Positions 14,458 through 31,854 of a stretch of DNA of 64,000 nucleotides are shown here, in pieces (the stretch's first letter is position 1; the number at the start of each line of letters is the position of its first letter). A model generated the notes under the pieces. The model searched no databases. It saw only the letters and a program-made list of their open reading frames with translations, and was not told where the DNA came from. The DNA comes from the human T2T-CHM13v2.0 reference genome, Homo sapiens, in assembly GCF_009914755.1 (NCBI RefSeq), contig NC_060926.1. The stretch is one strand, 5' to 3'. A program made the translations under genes and the position numbers.

Positions 14458-15059
14458 TTACTTATTCCCATCCACCCAGCATCTCCTGTGTGTTGGATCA
14501 GAAAATATGCAAAGCCCCCCATGAGTACCTGAAGCAGAGGAACTCTCAGGGTTTAGGCTTTCACGTAGGCTGGCTCTTCAAATGTATGGTAAGATGGTGG
14601 AGAGCAGTAAAGCCAGGTCTGTGTCCTGGGAGTTAGAGTCAAGAGTAGCTAGCCAGCAGCTTCCTACCCCTGTTCCTATGTTCGCATACACACCATATGT
14701 ACCTGGCCAAGCCCAGTCTCTCAACCTGAGTCCCATGGATGCTGCTGCTTGGGTGGCAGGTGGGGACTCTTCAGAAGTGCCCTGCCAGGTCCACTTTGAA
14801 TGGTCCTAGGCAGAGCACGATCCATGCTTCATACACACAGGCTCAGGAGGTGTGGGCCAAAGGGGTAGCATGATACCAAGAAGAGAGCTTTAGCTTGGGA
14901 TGGGAGTCCTGTGTCCTGATCCTGCCTCTGCTCAACCAGCTGTGGGCCTCAGGGAGGACATTTCCTCTGCTGGACCTTGCAGGCAAATGCAAGGATTGGA
15001 CTAGACAGGAGTTTTCTCCAAGTGTACTCCTTGGAACTCATGCATTAAAATCACCCACC

Positions 15060-15755
15060 CAGAAAACTACAGCGAGATACCACCTCACACTCACTAGAAT
15101 GCTAAAATCACAAAGACTGACAATATCAAGTGCTGACGAAAAGGTAGAACAACTGGAACCCTCATATATTGCTGGTGTGGATACAAAATCATATAGCCAC
15201 TTTAGAATCTAGTAAAGCCAAATACCTTCTCTATGACCCAGCAATTCCACTCCTAGACATTTACCCAAAAGACAAAAACACGTGTTCACAAAAAAAAGTC
15301 TCGTACAAAATGATCATAGCAGCTTTATTTATAACAGCCAAAAATTAGAAACAGTCCAGGTGTCTGTCCATCAACAGGTGAATGGATCAAAAAAAACTGT
15401 TTAATCAAAAGAAAGAAACTAAACTATTAATACACACAACAGGAATAGATTTCAAAAACATGATTCCAAATGAGAACAGTCAGAAACAAAACAAATGTAT
15501 ACTGTATGGCTCCATTTATTATGGAGTCCAAAAACTGATGAAACTTTAGGAATAGTGCTAGAAATCAGAGCAGTAGTTACCTGGGGGGATGAGCAGTGGG
15601 GTGGAGAAACTGGAAAGAGGACCCATGGTACTTTCTGGAGTGATGGAATTGTTCTATATCTTGATGAGATGTGGGTGACATGGAATTGAACACCTAAAAT
15701 CTGTGTATTTCATTTCCCCGCTATATCTTATATTTTATTATATATTATTAAAAAT
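15060..15755 (+). mobile_element. L1M 3' region
   Basis: gagataccacctcacac, caactggaaccctcatatattgctgg and tatgacccagcaattccactcctag are L1 ORF2-end/3'UTR motifs. Confidence 0.85.
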
Positions 15756-15849
15756 ATTTGGACTGGTAAAATGCAGTTTTCTGGGCGCCCCAGAATCCCC
15801 GAGTCAGGGAGTCCTCTGTGGTGAGGCCCTGGAATCTGCATGCTGAAAG

Positions 15850-16720
15850 GGCTCCGGCTTTGGAGAGAGCATTAGACTTGAGGCCGAGGTCCCCAGGGGC
15901 GATACCCACACGCCGCTCCCTGCCCCCCACCCCGGGACGCCCCCCACTGCACACGATCCCACTCGGCCCTTGGCACTTCCCCCTCTCCCCAAGCCCCCAG
16001 CCCTCTGCCCAGTCGCCCCTGGTAACCAAGAAAGGGCCTGAAAATCCTCAAAGTGCAGCCGCCCGGGGAGGGGCCGTCCACAGTGTCAGCGAGACAAGGG
16101 CACATACAAAATGCGGGGTAATTGCCGCTTCTCTAATTCGCGGCCCTTTGTGCGGCGGCGCGGAGCCGGCGGCCGCGCTCCCAAGCCCGGGCCTTTCAGC
16201 CACCCAGGGGGGGCCCCGGCGGCCGAGCTCCCCGCGCTCCGCCGCGCATAATTAATCGGGCTTCACAGGGCCCGGGACAAAGGCGCCCATTCACCCCGCC
16301 GCTCCTCCCCCCGGGGATATTGTTATTTCTAAAAACTGCAGCCAGCTGGGCCGCAGAGAAACGTCAGCTCTGTGGGAGAATGAGCGCCCGGCCGGGCCGC
16401 GAGGAGACTGGGAGCTCTGTCTCTCGCGCCCCGCGCGGGATTACAGCGGCCAGGGAGCCGGGGTGGGCAGGGGGCCCAGGGTCTTTTCTGAAGTCTGCAC
16501 GACTCCTCAGAAAGCCTCGTGATTTCCATGGGGCCCTGGAGGAGGGCGCCATGGAAATGGTAATGCGGGGCATTGAAGCTGGCTCGTAGGGAAGGAGGGG
16601 GGTTGCGTCCAGGCTGCCCGGGCTGTGGCACGACTCCCGGGTGGGAGGGGCCGGTGGACGGCCCAGTGGCCAGGCCCGGGTGCCCCCACCTGTACCAGGC
16701 CCTCCCGGACACCGGGAAAA
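15850..16720. promoter_or_regulatory. CpG island (orphan; enhancer- or promoter-like)
   Basis: Very high GC and CpG density, NotI site 16169-16176, repeat-free, TAAT and SOX motif cluster. Confidence 0.85.
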
Positions 16721-18269
16721 ATGCATCCAGGAATAAAGGCCCGAGTCTGGGTCCAAGGAGCCTGCAGTTAAGTTAGGGGCGGGGGATGTGGTGCCTCCAC
16801 AGTAACCCAGCTCCGCTCCAAGGACCACCAGGAGAGCTGGTTGAAAGCAATGCCTACACACGCCTGGGCCTCACCACCGGGAATTCAGGCTCCCAACTTC
16901 CCAGGCATCTGCCTAAGCTCTCCAAGCACCTCTGAAGCCCACCAACATTTGGTGACCACTCAGCACTGTCCCGGGAAGGTGGCTCCAGTGCTCCACGTCC
17001 CATTTCACAGGCGGGAAATGGGCCCAAGGAGATAAACGGACTTGTCCAAGATCACAGAACAGAGCTGGAACTGGACCCTCGGCATGCTGGTTGTATACAA
17101 AAGCAGAACAGAAGAAGGGAGAGGGTGCTAGAAAGGGGGGCTCAGGCCTCACTTCCTCCGCTAAGCATCCCCTGGCAGCTGGGGGCATCTGAACTCTCCC
17201 TTCCCTGGCCTCTCCTTGCAGGAGACGTGCCTGCCTGGTTAAATGCCTCCAGCGTGTTCTGTTCTGCCTGGTGGATTTGCGGGGGGTTCTCCTACCTGCT
17301 CCATCAGAGGCACTGTTGAGTGCAGGCCCAGAGGCCCCACTGGTTTTATGCCAGGGTTGGTGCCCAGAAGAGCTCCAGCCAGGGCTTACTGGATGGGAGC
17401 AGCATCTCCTGACTCCAGGGTCCAGGCCTTCTAGGCTGCATTCCCCTTCAAAGTCCAGTGTCCTCCCCAGGCCCGGGAGAGGCCCAGGTCCCAGGTCGGC
17501 AGTGCTGGTCTTCACCTTTGCCACTGAACCCGAGGAAACGAGCACCCGTCTATTCCTCCTCCCAAAGCTGGGAGCAGTTGTGAAGAGCCGCCATAGATTT
17601 CCAAAACCTCAGCATCCTGAACGCCTCCCAGAGCAAGCAGAGGCCTTTCCAAAACACTTCCCCTCCGAGCCCGTCTTACTGAGACATTCTGTCCCTCGGC
17701 TATACTCTGGAAAATGTTCCCTCAGCCTAAGACTGCCAGTCCCAAGCAGGACCACAGGCCTCAGAGCCAGACCGCACCACAGGGCCTGGCTCCTCCAGGC
17801 AAGTCAGGGAAAGGAAGCTGCCTGTATTTTCAGAGGAGCCCAGGCTTGCCTCCAAGGCCCAGAGAGGGTGCCCAGCCAAGCTCATTTCTGCTGCTACCAC
17901 GCCATGCAAGACACTGGAAAGCCAACATCACACGACATTCACATCTGTGGGTGGAAGAATGTGCAGAAAACTCGAGAACAAAGTAGAGGGAAGGAGAGCA
18001 CAGAGTTCAGCCAAGCCTCTAAGGGGACAGACCAGCTGTCCAGTAACAAGCAGACTCAAGCATAGCTGCGGAAGTCAACAGATTTTCCCTGGGGGACCCT
18101 GTGACCTAGGCAGCCCCCAACAGCCAGGCCACCAGCACAGCATCAAGCAGAAAACCAATCCAGCTCTCTCTCCCATTAAATCAGCTTTACTTAAGATATA
18201 GAATGACCCAATACTGTCTGAAAATGAAATGCCCAAGGCTCAGCTAAGAGGAAGCCAGACTACGTAAAA

Positions 18270-18440
18270 GAATGTCCTTGAAATATAAACTGAAGTATTT
18301 AAGGGTAAAGGGGCAAGATTTCTCTAAATTTTTCTCAAATGATTTCATAAATGTAAATAATTGGTGAATCTGGGGAAAGGGTATACAGGAATTCCTTAGT
18401 CTTATAAACTTTCTGAAGTTGGCAATTTAAAAAACAAAAC
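18270..18440 (+). mobile_element. L1M 3' terminus fragment
   Basis: ctgaagtatttaagggtaaagggg...ggtgaatctggggaaagggtatacagga. Confidence 0.7.
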
Positions 18441-18862
18441 GGCAGGCAGCAGACATGCCAAAACATGATAGCACTGATATTCCAAATGCCATACCCAGTG
18501 AAGGGACTCAACTCTTCTGTTACCTTCCCCCTGCAACACACAGTCACACTCACACTCAAAATACTTGGAACCGCACGCTTAAGATCTGTGCATTTCATTT
18601 CCCTGTTATACCTTATATTTTATTACATATTATTAAAAATAAAATATTTGAACTGGTAAAATGCAGTCCAAAGATGCATGCATCTTTCACTGTCTTCTGT
18701 CATAGCAATTTGTGAACCCAAGTCAGGCCCAGCGTCCTTAAGGGGAAAGCCAGTGTTGTTTACCTCTGAATCCTACTGCAGCTAGCAATGTACTTTGTAA
18801 ATGGTAGGCATTTAACCAAACCTAGAATCCAATCATTTGCCATGGAAGGTTTCTAGCTCTAA

Positions 18863-19388
<526 letters not shown>

Positions 19389-19663
19389 TGAGTGTTTTGT
19401 GTATATGAATATAGTCTCTCCAGCAAGACCACAGAGGTAAGGGCCTTTCCTCTCCCTACCCTCCCACGGCCATCCTCATGAGCTTAATAGAGACACAGAC
19501 CCGTGATATGCCCTTAAGTGCCTCTACCAGACTCGAAGCTCCATGAGGGCAGGGCTGTGTCTTGTTTGCTCTCTTCCGCATCCCCAGCACTTAGCACAGC
19601 GGTTGACACATTGTTGGTGACTAGTACATAATAGTTAAATCACGGAGTGAATGAATGGGAGTT

Positions 19664-19768
19664 TTGTTGAGTTTAATTGAGTTTAGTTGAGTTGGGTTGA
19701 GTGGGGTTGAATTGAGTTGGGTTGGGTTGAGTTGAATTGGGTTGAGTTGGATTGGGTTGAGTTGAGTT
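19664..19768. repeat. (TTGAG/TTGGG)n pentanucleotide repeat
   Basis: About 21 degenerate 5-mers. Confidence 0.9.
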
Positions 19769-19770
19769 AC

Positions 19771-20060
19771 CTTGTTCCCCAGGGTACACTGAGCAGGCTC
19801 TTTGGGAGTCATGCTTCTGACATCAGATGCTCAACCACAGAGTCAGAACCAATGCAAACCTCCCCTCTTTGCTTTAACTCCCACCCTCAGAGTAGATCTC
19901 TCTGGCTGCTGAATCTATCACCAAAGGTGGTGGAGCTTTCTATGGCCAGTGTAATACGATCAAAGTTAGGATAAGGTCTTCTTCTCATGGTCCTTTTGGG
20001 TGGGGCTACTTTGGGAAGAGGAGCTTTGCTAAAGCACTTTTCTGGTGAAGGCAGGATCTT
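19771..20060 (-). pseudogene. Candidate decayed exon
   Basis: Acceptor tttcctacag|, donor AAG|gtaact; KILPSPEKCFSKAPLPKVAPPKRTMRRRPYPNFDRITLAIESSTTFGDRFSSQRDLL*... /MTPKEPAQCTLGNK (one frameshift). Confidence 0.5.
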
Positions 20061-20521
20061 CTGTAGGAAAGCTCTGGATTGAAGTTATGGTACCACCACC
20101 CCCCACCTCCGCCACCCCATCACTCTATCCCCACATATACAGTAGGGACAAGGCTAGGGCATGGGGGGCAGCAGAGAGCAGCACCCTGCAGGTGCCAGTG
20201 ACTGAGGGAGAGCAGTAGGCCTGAGGGAAGCAGTGGGAGTGTGACCCACGATCAGCAGGAGCTCAATGTTTCTCCCTGATGCTTGGGGCAGGGCACTTGT
20301 GATAGGGCAGGGGAGGTACATCTCCCTGTCATTAACAGGAACAGGAGCCTGAGGCATGGGGATCTTCAGTCAGGCTCTCTGAGGTCTTCCAGCCTCCAAC
20401 CCCTGGGCTAGGAGCCTTGTGTAGCAATCTTCCTGTTGCTACCATGGAGACCTGAGCCCCAGGTCAGCCCTGGGAAGGGTTGGGTGCATTCCTGGCCATA
20501 GGGATGGTGCATTTCATTCAG

Positions 20522-20914
20522 GCTGTCCAGATGTTTATGTCCCCCCCAAATTAATATGTTGAAATCTTCACCCCTAAAGTGATGAAGGTAGGAGTCCGGC
20601 CTTTGGGAGGTGATTAGGTCCTGGGGGTGGAGCCCTCATGAATAGGATTAGTGCCCTTATATTATGCCCTGAGACAGACCCCTAACCCCTTCTGCCATGT
20701 GAGGTTAGAGTAAGAAGTCACCATTTATGAGGAGATCGCCCTCACCAGACACTGAATCTGCCGGCCCCGTGATCTTGGACTTCCAGCCTCCAGAACTGTG
20801 AGAAACAAATGTCTGCAGTTTACAAGCCATCCAGTCTATGATATTAAATGTCTGCTGTTTATAAGCCATCCAGTCCATGATATTTTGTTATCGTAGCCTA
20901 AATGGACTCAGATA
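20522..20914 (+). mobile_element. MLT1A solo LTR with internal 39-bp tandem duplication
   Basis: gatcttggacttccagcctccagaactgtgaga; duplicated 20807-20845/20846-20884. Confidence 0.85.
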
Positions 20915-21940
20915 TCAGATATATTTCTGTATAGCTTGGGGGAAGGAAGAGTTCCTCCTCTCACATCCCCTTCTGTGGGCTGGACTATGTTGAGAAAACC
21001 TCCACGTTTCCAGCACCTCTCACCATCTCCCTGCACCCCTTTAGAGGAAACCCCTTCCTGGGCCTTCAGGGCATGGCTGGGCATGCTCCCAGCACACTTC
21101 ATGTTTGCTTCCAACCTAAGAAAGGCCAGGCTTCCCAGCTGGGAGCTCTTTTCCCTCCCCACCTCCCCCTTTCTTGTCTGTCTGCCTCCCTTTCACACTC
21201 CCCTATCTCCATCCCCTCAAACCCAAGAGTTTCCACAGTGACAACATGTGGGCCCCAAATCAAACCCCTGTCCACAGGTCCTGCCTGTGTCCCTCCTCCT
21301 CCTCCTCTAGCTCCCCAGCCTGGCCACCCTTGTCAGCCCCACCCTCACTCCCACACCCCCACCATTCCTCCTTGTGGACAACTTTCTAAATGCAGCCACA
21401 CTTCCCCTTTTGAGCCACAGGGCCTATAAAACAGCTGCAGACAGTCAGCGGCACTGCAAAAGTCCTCTTGCCAAGTTTGGCTGAGACCAATACCCTCTAA
21501 CTCTAGCCATTGCTTCCCCACTACCAGGCACTGAGAGAACAGGCTCCTTTTCGAGTAAACAGTGGGGAGACATCATGTTCCCAACATTCTAAACTAAAGA
21601 GGACTCACTGAGGGGCCCAGCCAGTGGGAGGAGGCAGCCCAAAGCCTAGCCTGGCTTCCCACACCCCCAACCCTGCCAGTGCCCTGTGAGACCCTGACTA
21701 CTCCACCCCCTCCAGTCTTCTGTTTTGCAGGATGAGGGGTAGCTTGGTTGGTTTCCTGGCCCTTTCTGAGTCTAAAACTCCACAAATCTGTCACTTCTCC
21801 TTAGGGTGCTCCTGCCCAGTGCCTGGAGAGGGAAGGGGCTTTGCTGAGAGACATGCTGCCACCTGAGGGTTGTCCAGACACGAACTCAGTCCCCCACCTG
21901 CCTTCTGTGCTCTTTCTGCAACACTCTGGCCTCAGTGAAA

Positions 21941-22117
21941 CAGTAGCTCTCAGTCCTGGCCACATAGCAGAATCACCCAGGGAGATTTTACAACATCTCA
22001 ATCCCCAGCCACACTCCAGACCCATGAAATCTGAATCGTGGGTTGGGGCCTGGAAATCAGTCTGTTTGGAAAGTTACCCAGGTGATTCTGCTAAGCGGTC
22101 AGGGTTGAGAACCACGG
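21941..22117. mobile_element. MER5A (hAT-Charlie MITE)
   Basis: cagtagctctca...gaatcacc...ggtgattc...ttgagaaccac. Confidence 0.8.
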
Positions 22118-22168
22118 TGGGAAAGGCTTCCAGGAAGTAAAGATGAAGCTATAAGCCAGAGGTGATAC

Positions 22169-22321
22169 ATTTCCGTCCCACATTCTCCGCTGAGAAGGAT
22201 CTTGAGGCTGGTAGGAAGAGATCTGGGATGAACTAGGCATGTCTGTCAGGGATGGGTAGGGAGTGGCTGTGGCCTGAACTAGGTATTTGTCCTCGGGCTT
22301 TGGTGGCTCAGAGGTCCTGCC
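22169..22321 (-). pseudogene. Candidate decayed exon
   Basis: Acceptor cctctcctgcatcctcag|, weak donor gtatca; 153 nt, phase 0-0, open: GRTSEPPKPEDKYLVQATATPYPSLTDMPSSSQ... Confidence 0.4.
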
Positions 22322-23300
22322 CTGAGGATGCAGGAGAGGACCAGCCTCCAGGCACTGGCTCATTGGCCGGCTTGCTTCCTCCCAAACCTCCCACCTCCCA
22401 AGTCTCATTATGGCCCTTGAAGTCAGACAGCCCCAGGGCTACCGTCCAGGAACTGGAAACCAACCTCAGCCAGAGCCAAGAGGCCCCAGGTCAGCCCCAG
22501 CCCTCCAAGGGCTTTGTGTAGATTGAAAAAAGGAAAATAGAGAAGGGAAACCAAAGCAGGGCAGAATGCAGTGAAGGAGAAAAAGACAAGAGAAAGGGGA
22601 AGGACCCTGAGGTCAGAGAGTCATGTGAATGGCATTTAGGGAACAAAACCTGGCTCCTCTCCATCCATCATCCCCTGGGCCGGGAGAGAAGCACTCTTCT
22701 GCCAGGGTCCAGGGCACAGAGATCCAGGCCAGAAAATCCAGATCCAGAAATCTGCCCAACCATGTGTCTGTGAGCACCATGCAGAGCCAACAGAGGAGCC
22801 TCCTCGCACAGACACCCTCAGATCCCCACCTCTTCTTCTCACCAGAGCCACAGCCTCCTGTTGGACATTTAAGCGAAATCACTTGGTCATTCCTCAACCA
22901 AAAAAAAAAAAGAAAAAAAAAAACACATTAAATCCAGTTCCCAAGACACTTGGCATCACATCAGGGTGACCTGGGTGATGCTGCTGTCGAGCTGCATGAC
23001 CTGGAGTGAGCCACCTCCCTTCCCTGCCCGGGCCTCAGGGCCTGACCTTGCCTGCCTGCCTGCGAAGTCATATTTGAATGGAAGGGACACTGCTGTAGCC
23101 CAGGGGTCAAGAGCCTGGGCTCTGGAGACAGAGGCCTGGACCTGGCTCACCACTTACTAGCTGTGTGAGCATGGGCAGCTATGGCTGTGAACTTCTGCTT
23201 CCTCATCTGTAAGGCAAGAGTTAGCAGACTGATGACAGAAAAGGAGAAGAAAACACAGGCCACACCAATGTGGGACTCATATTTAGAAAACACAAGGACT

Positions 23301-24337
<1,037 letters not shown>

Positions 24338-24451
24338 AGATGCAGGGGCCTTGTACAAACAAATAATGAACATGTACCATGAGCTGAAGCACAGGACAAA
24401 CTTAAATAAGTAAAATTAAATGGCAATAATAATGGTTCCTAAGTGGCACAC

Positions 24452-24571
24452 AGTAGAGTTTTCAAGTAGTATTTGCTGCTCTATTGCTACTCTTTCGTTG
24501 AGGATCTGAACTGCTTGACCCTCTTCTGTTTGTTCCAGCAGCAAATTGTGGGCCTCGGTCCAGAGAGACTC
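24452..24571 (-). pseudogene. Candidate decayed exon
   Basis: acag| ... |gtgtgc, 120 nt, phase 0-0, fully open: ESLWTEAHNLLLEQTEEGQAVQILNERVAIEQQILLENST. Confidence 0.5.
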
Positions 24572-25158
24572 CTGTCTTGCCCAGAGATGGAGGAGCAGTC
24601 ACAGTGGGCAGCCCATCTCAAACCCCTGCACCAGTGGCCACATGAAGGGAAGGAGCAAAACATGGTTTAAAAAAAAAAAAAAGAAATGGGTAGGAGTGAC
24701 TGAGTTGGGAGAGAAGAGGAAGAGAAAGGAGACACTGCAAGTTTCAATGTTTCACAACATTACAAAAATACCCCCCAAAGCCTGGGGGCCATGGGGAGAA
24801 GTGCAAATTGAGCAATGACTGCGGTTCTCTTTTCAAATTCATGGAAAATCCTCTTTTCACACCCCCTGGGTCAATGAAGCCAGACCCTTCAGCATCACCA
24901 CAGTGGCCTAGAAAGGGACACTTGTCCTGTCACCACCAGGCCCTACACCATCTCTCCCCTTGGCTGCCTCCTCCTTCTCTCACTCACCCAGACCAATTCT
25001 TCATTCCTCTTTTGTTTTCAGGATGAGGATGATTTTATTTACTTACTCCCACTCCGGTCCCACTAAAGCCCTGAAGCAATTGACAAGATACATACAAAAT
25101 AATAATTATAATCTCATCTGTTAGAAACCAGCACCTGGAAAGTAATCATCTCCTTTAA

Positions 25159-25483
<325 letters not shown>

Positions 25484-25733
25484 TACTAGAGCCTCTAAGA
25501 TTCTTAAGGATGAGTGCCCAATTTGGCTCAGAGCTTCCCAGCAACCCAAGTAAAGTGGGAATTGGGATTAGTTTCATGAATCACATTGCCCATAAGTCAG
25601 AAGCCCCCTAATTCCTCTGAAGATGCAGAATTTTGCTGGAAACTGGAGCCTAAAATATATTCATTCCACTCACAGGCCTTACAGAGAACACTAGCTGAAG
25701 CAGCAACATCCCAAAATAAACATAATGGCCAGA

Positions 25734-25867
25734 CCCCTTCAGCCAATTTCCTTCAAGTCTCCATCATAAGGGAGGGACGTAGTAGAGATTGTGTGGAGAC
25801 TAAATACTGTGCTCCAAGAACGACTCAGCTTCGTGAGAGTCTGACTTCGTTCAGGGATAAGTCCCAT
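25734..25867 (-). pseudogene. Candidate decayed exon (3' boundary uncertain)
   Basis: Acceptor cattccatccattcttccag|; MGLIPERSQTLTKLSRSWSTVFSLHTISTTSLPYDGDLKEIG*. Confidence 0.35.
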
Positions 25868-25984
25868 CTGGAAGAATGGATGGAATGCATGACCTTTAAA
25901 TAACCCCCATGAACTTTATTTCTCTCAACTGAGCTTTTGATAAAAGTCGGGCAGCGGGAGGCAGTTGGAGGTTGTAACCGCTGA

Positions 25985-26682
<698 letters not shown>

Positions 26683-26719
26683 TAGATACTGCAATTGTCT
26701 TCGTTTTACAGATGAGTAA

Positions 26720-28193
<1,474 letters not shown>

Positions 28194-28829
28194 TTAACCA
28201 GGTGCTAGGGATAAGCTGTGCCTGAGCCCACTGTAAGGGTAAGGCCCATTCTCTGCCCTCATGGGGCTTACAGTCTATAAAACGGCACAGAGGTAGAAAC
28301 ACTTCAGTGTGTCTTCACAAGTCACTCCTAGAAAACCAAGAAAGGTACAGGAGGAAAGAGGGAGGTACCTACCAAATAGATGCAGAAGCTAACCACTTCT
28401 TCTCTCTTACCCACTGCTACTACCATCATCTCTGGCCTGGATGAAGGCAAAGGGTCCAGAACACAGCACCCCTGCTCCTACTACAGGGACTTGGCGCCTG
28501 TTGTTCCCTCTGCCCTTCCTGAAGTATCCTCATGTTTTAGCATCTTCATGTCTTTGCTCAAATATCCCTTCTCAATGAGGCCACCCAAGTAAAGTTCACA
28601 ACAATGCCCCTCTCTCTGGCAGTCCACAAACATGTAATTATGTGCAATACAAGAGGCTTTGCTCACTGGCTCTGCACAGCCCACTCTCTTCAGAAACTTA
28701 GGACAAATTCCCCATTGGCCTTGGCCAGAGGCTATTTCTGTGGCTCACAAAAGTGTACCCAGAAGGAGCCTTCCTGCCACCCATTCAGCCAGTGCATGGG
28801 ATCAAGCTTGGTTCCTTCAGCTTGCTTAC

Positions 28830-28966
28830 CCCAAGGCTGGTCCTGTCCCCTCCTGGAGAAATCCCAGCAGAGCCTGGACAGCCTTTCTGTCCCCTCTCCT
28901 CCACCTTGACCAAAAGGCCTAGTCCCAGATGGACCCTGGGAGCCTGGCCTGGAGCAGTTCAAGTTC
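28830..28966 (-). pseudogene. Candidate decayed exon
   Basis: tcttcctggacag| ... |gtaagc, 137 nt, phase 0-2: ELELLQARLPGSIWD*AFWSRWRRGDRKAVQALLGFLQEGTGPALG. Confidence 0.5.
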
Positions 28967-29040
28967 CTGTCCAGGAAGATATGTCTCTCTTTACCAGGCT
29001 CCAGAATGTAATATTTAGGATGTAGAAATCAGCTCTGACC

Positions 29041-29440
29041 TGTTACAGCAGGACTGAGAAGCTTATCACCAAAACTCCCTTTCCCTTCTCCCTAGGCACC
29101 CATCTAGACTACAGTTCCAGCTCCCTTGCTATCCAGGGTGGCCAGTGGAGTGTGAGCAGAAACAATGTGTCTCGCTTCTGGCCTAAGGATGTTAGGCAGA
29201 TGTGCCTCATCCACCTCTCTTTCCCCCGCTGCCTGACCTCATGGCCTAGAGACAGCAGAGCCATAAGGTGGAAGGAGCCTGGGTGCCTGAATCTCCACTC
29301 AGAGGAAGGCTGCCTGCCAATCACAGCATCTGAGCCTTTATGTGAGTGAAAAAAGAAACTTTGTGAGCAGCCCACATTTGGGAAATTGGCTACGACATGA
29401 ATTTGGTGCTTAAAATTAAATTTCACCCTGCTCACTCCAA
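29041..29440 (+). mobile_element. Old MaLR LTR (MLT1I/J-like)
   Basis: gcagagccataaggtggaaggagcctgggt motif. Confidence 0.65.
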
Positions 29441-29899
29441 CACTGCTCTGTCCCCTCCCCTAATTGCATTTCTCACCTGAACAATGTTCCCTCCTCCCCA
29501 CCCATACCAGACCTCCAGTGAAGGCTGAGCAACTTATGGATGAATAATTTCTGCTCTTAGGCTCTGTGAGCTGATGTTGAAGGCAGACTGGCAGGGAGGG
29601 AAGGCTCCTCCCACCACCTGCCTATAAGCCTGGTTTCAAAGTATGTGGATTTGGGCAAGATTCCAATCTTGCAGACTCAGCTTCCTCAACCTTAAAAATG
29701 GAACAATAGCATCTGCCCAGGCTACTTCACAGAGGAAAAGATCAGGAAGCTTGATATGCAGGAGCAGCTGCTCTGAGCAGATCCTCTACAAATATCATCT
29801 CACATCACTTATCTCAGATGGGCAAACTGAAGCATATAGGGGCTTAAAAGTAACCTGTCCAAGTTCATGCAATTGGTAAGTAGTGGCCCCCAGCCCTAA

Positions 29900-30775
29900 C
29901 TTGGTCTTCCCCATCATCTCTCTATAATCAGATGGCACCACCACCCACCTGGCTACTCAACCCAGAAACCTCAGGTCATCCCTGCTCCTCTCTTGTCCTC
30001 ACCTCCTATAGACAATTGGGCACCAAAGTCCGGTTTTTTGCCTTAATAAATCATTCTCCAATCTTGCCCTTTCCTCCATGTCTGTTGCCACCACCCTAGT
30101 CCAAGGCCCCCGCATGCCTCTCCTGAATCCTGCAGGAGCATCCTTGCCAGTCCCCATGCTAGTCTTCTTCCACTCCACCACGCTCACCCCCATGGCAGCC
30201 TCGAGCACCTTTTTGGAAATGCAAATCTAGCCATGCCAACTCCCAGGTTAAGCCAGCTCAATGGCTTCCCACTGCTCTTATGACAAAGACCTGGGCATGG
30301 TCTGCCCGGCCTGTGCCATCCAGCCTCTTCTCGAGCCCCTCCCACTCTGCTCCTCCTCTCTCCGTTTCAGTCATGGCAGCCTTCTTCCAGTCCCCTGAAC
30401 ACCCACCAGCTTCCTCCTTGGTAGAAGCATTCTTTGCACATGCTGTTTCTTCTGCATGGAACACCCTTCCTCCCCATCTTCACCTGGTTGACTCCTAATC
30501 ACCCTTTTTGTATCTCAGGTCTGGTGTCACTTCTTCAAAAACTTTTCCCTGACCTCTTGACTAGGAGACATCCTCCTAGAGCACTCATTGCTGCTATTAT
30601 TTTATGTCTCTTCGAGTAATTATTTGAGGAATATGTCTCCCTTACATGATTTTAAGCTCCTTCAGGACGAGAACCATGTGCATTTTGCTCACCATTGAAA
30701 CCCAGTGGATGTGGAAATCAGTAGACACAGTGTCCAGCACATAGCAGAACTTGAATATTGGCTGAATGAATGAAT
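29900..30775 (+). mobile_element. L2 3' fragment
   Basis: ccaccaccctagtccaagg, tcaatggcttcccactgc; ends gctgaatgaatgaat. Confidence 0.8.
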
Positions 30776-30952
30776 CAGTGAAAGCTAGAATTGAAATCTA
30801 AGTCTTCATGACTCCTCTGCAAATTGCTGTGGGGAATTGTATTTGTCTGCTTGGGCTGCCGTAACAAAATAGCACAGATTGAGTGGCTTAAACAGGAATT
30901 TGTTTTCTCACACTTCTGGAGGCTGGAAGTCCAAGATCAAAATGCCAGCACG

Positions 30953-31318
<366 letters not shown>

Positions 31319-31407
31319 TCACAGTCTCTTCCCTCGGGGCATGCATGCAGAGAGGAGGGCTGTGGCGCTTCCTCCTTTTCTATAAGGACACCAATTTATC
31401 AGATTAG

Positions 31408-31743
<336 letters not shown>

Positions 31744-31854
31744 TCATTTAACCTTAATTACTTCCTCAAAGGCCTTATCACCAAATAGGGTCACACTGGG
31801 AGTCAGAGCTTTCACATGTGAATCTGGTGGGGAGATACAATTTACTCCAAGACA

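Noticed and set aside
17271-18065. Longest ORF (264 aa), with overlapping 210-aa antisense ORF
   Set aside because: Non-ATG start, GC-rich low-information composition, no recognisable domain or exon structure.
19664-19768. Possible interstitial telomeric repeat
   Set aside because: Period is 5 (TTGAG/TTGGG), not TTAGGG.
21425-21437. TATAAAA + CAGCTG promoter-like word
   Set aside because: No supporting downstream exon or CpG context; expected by chance.
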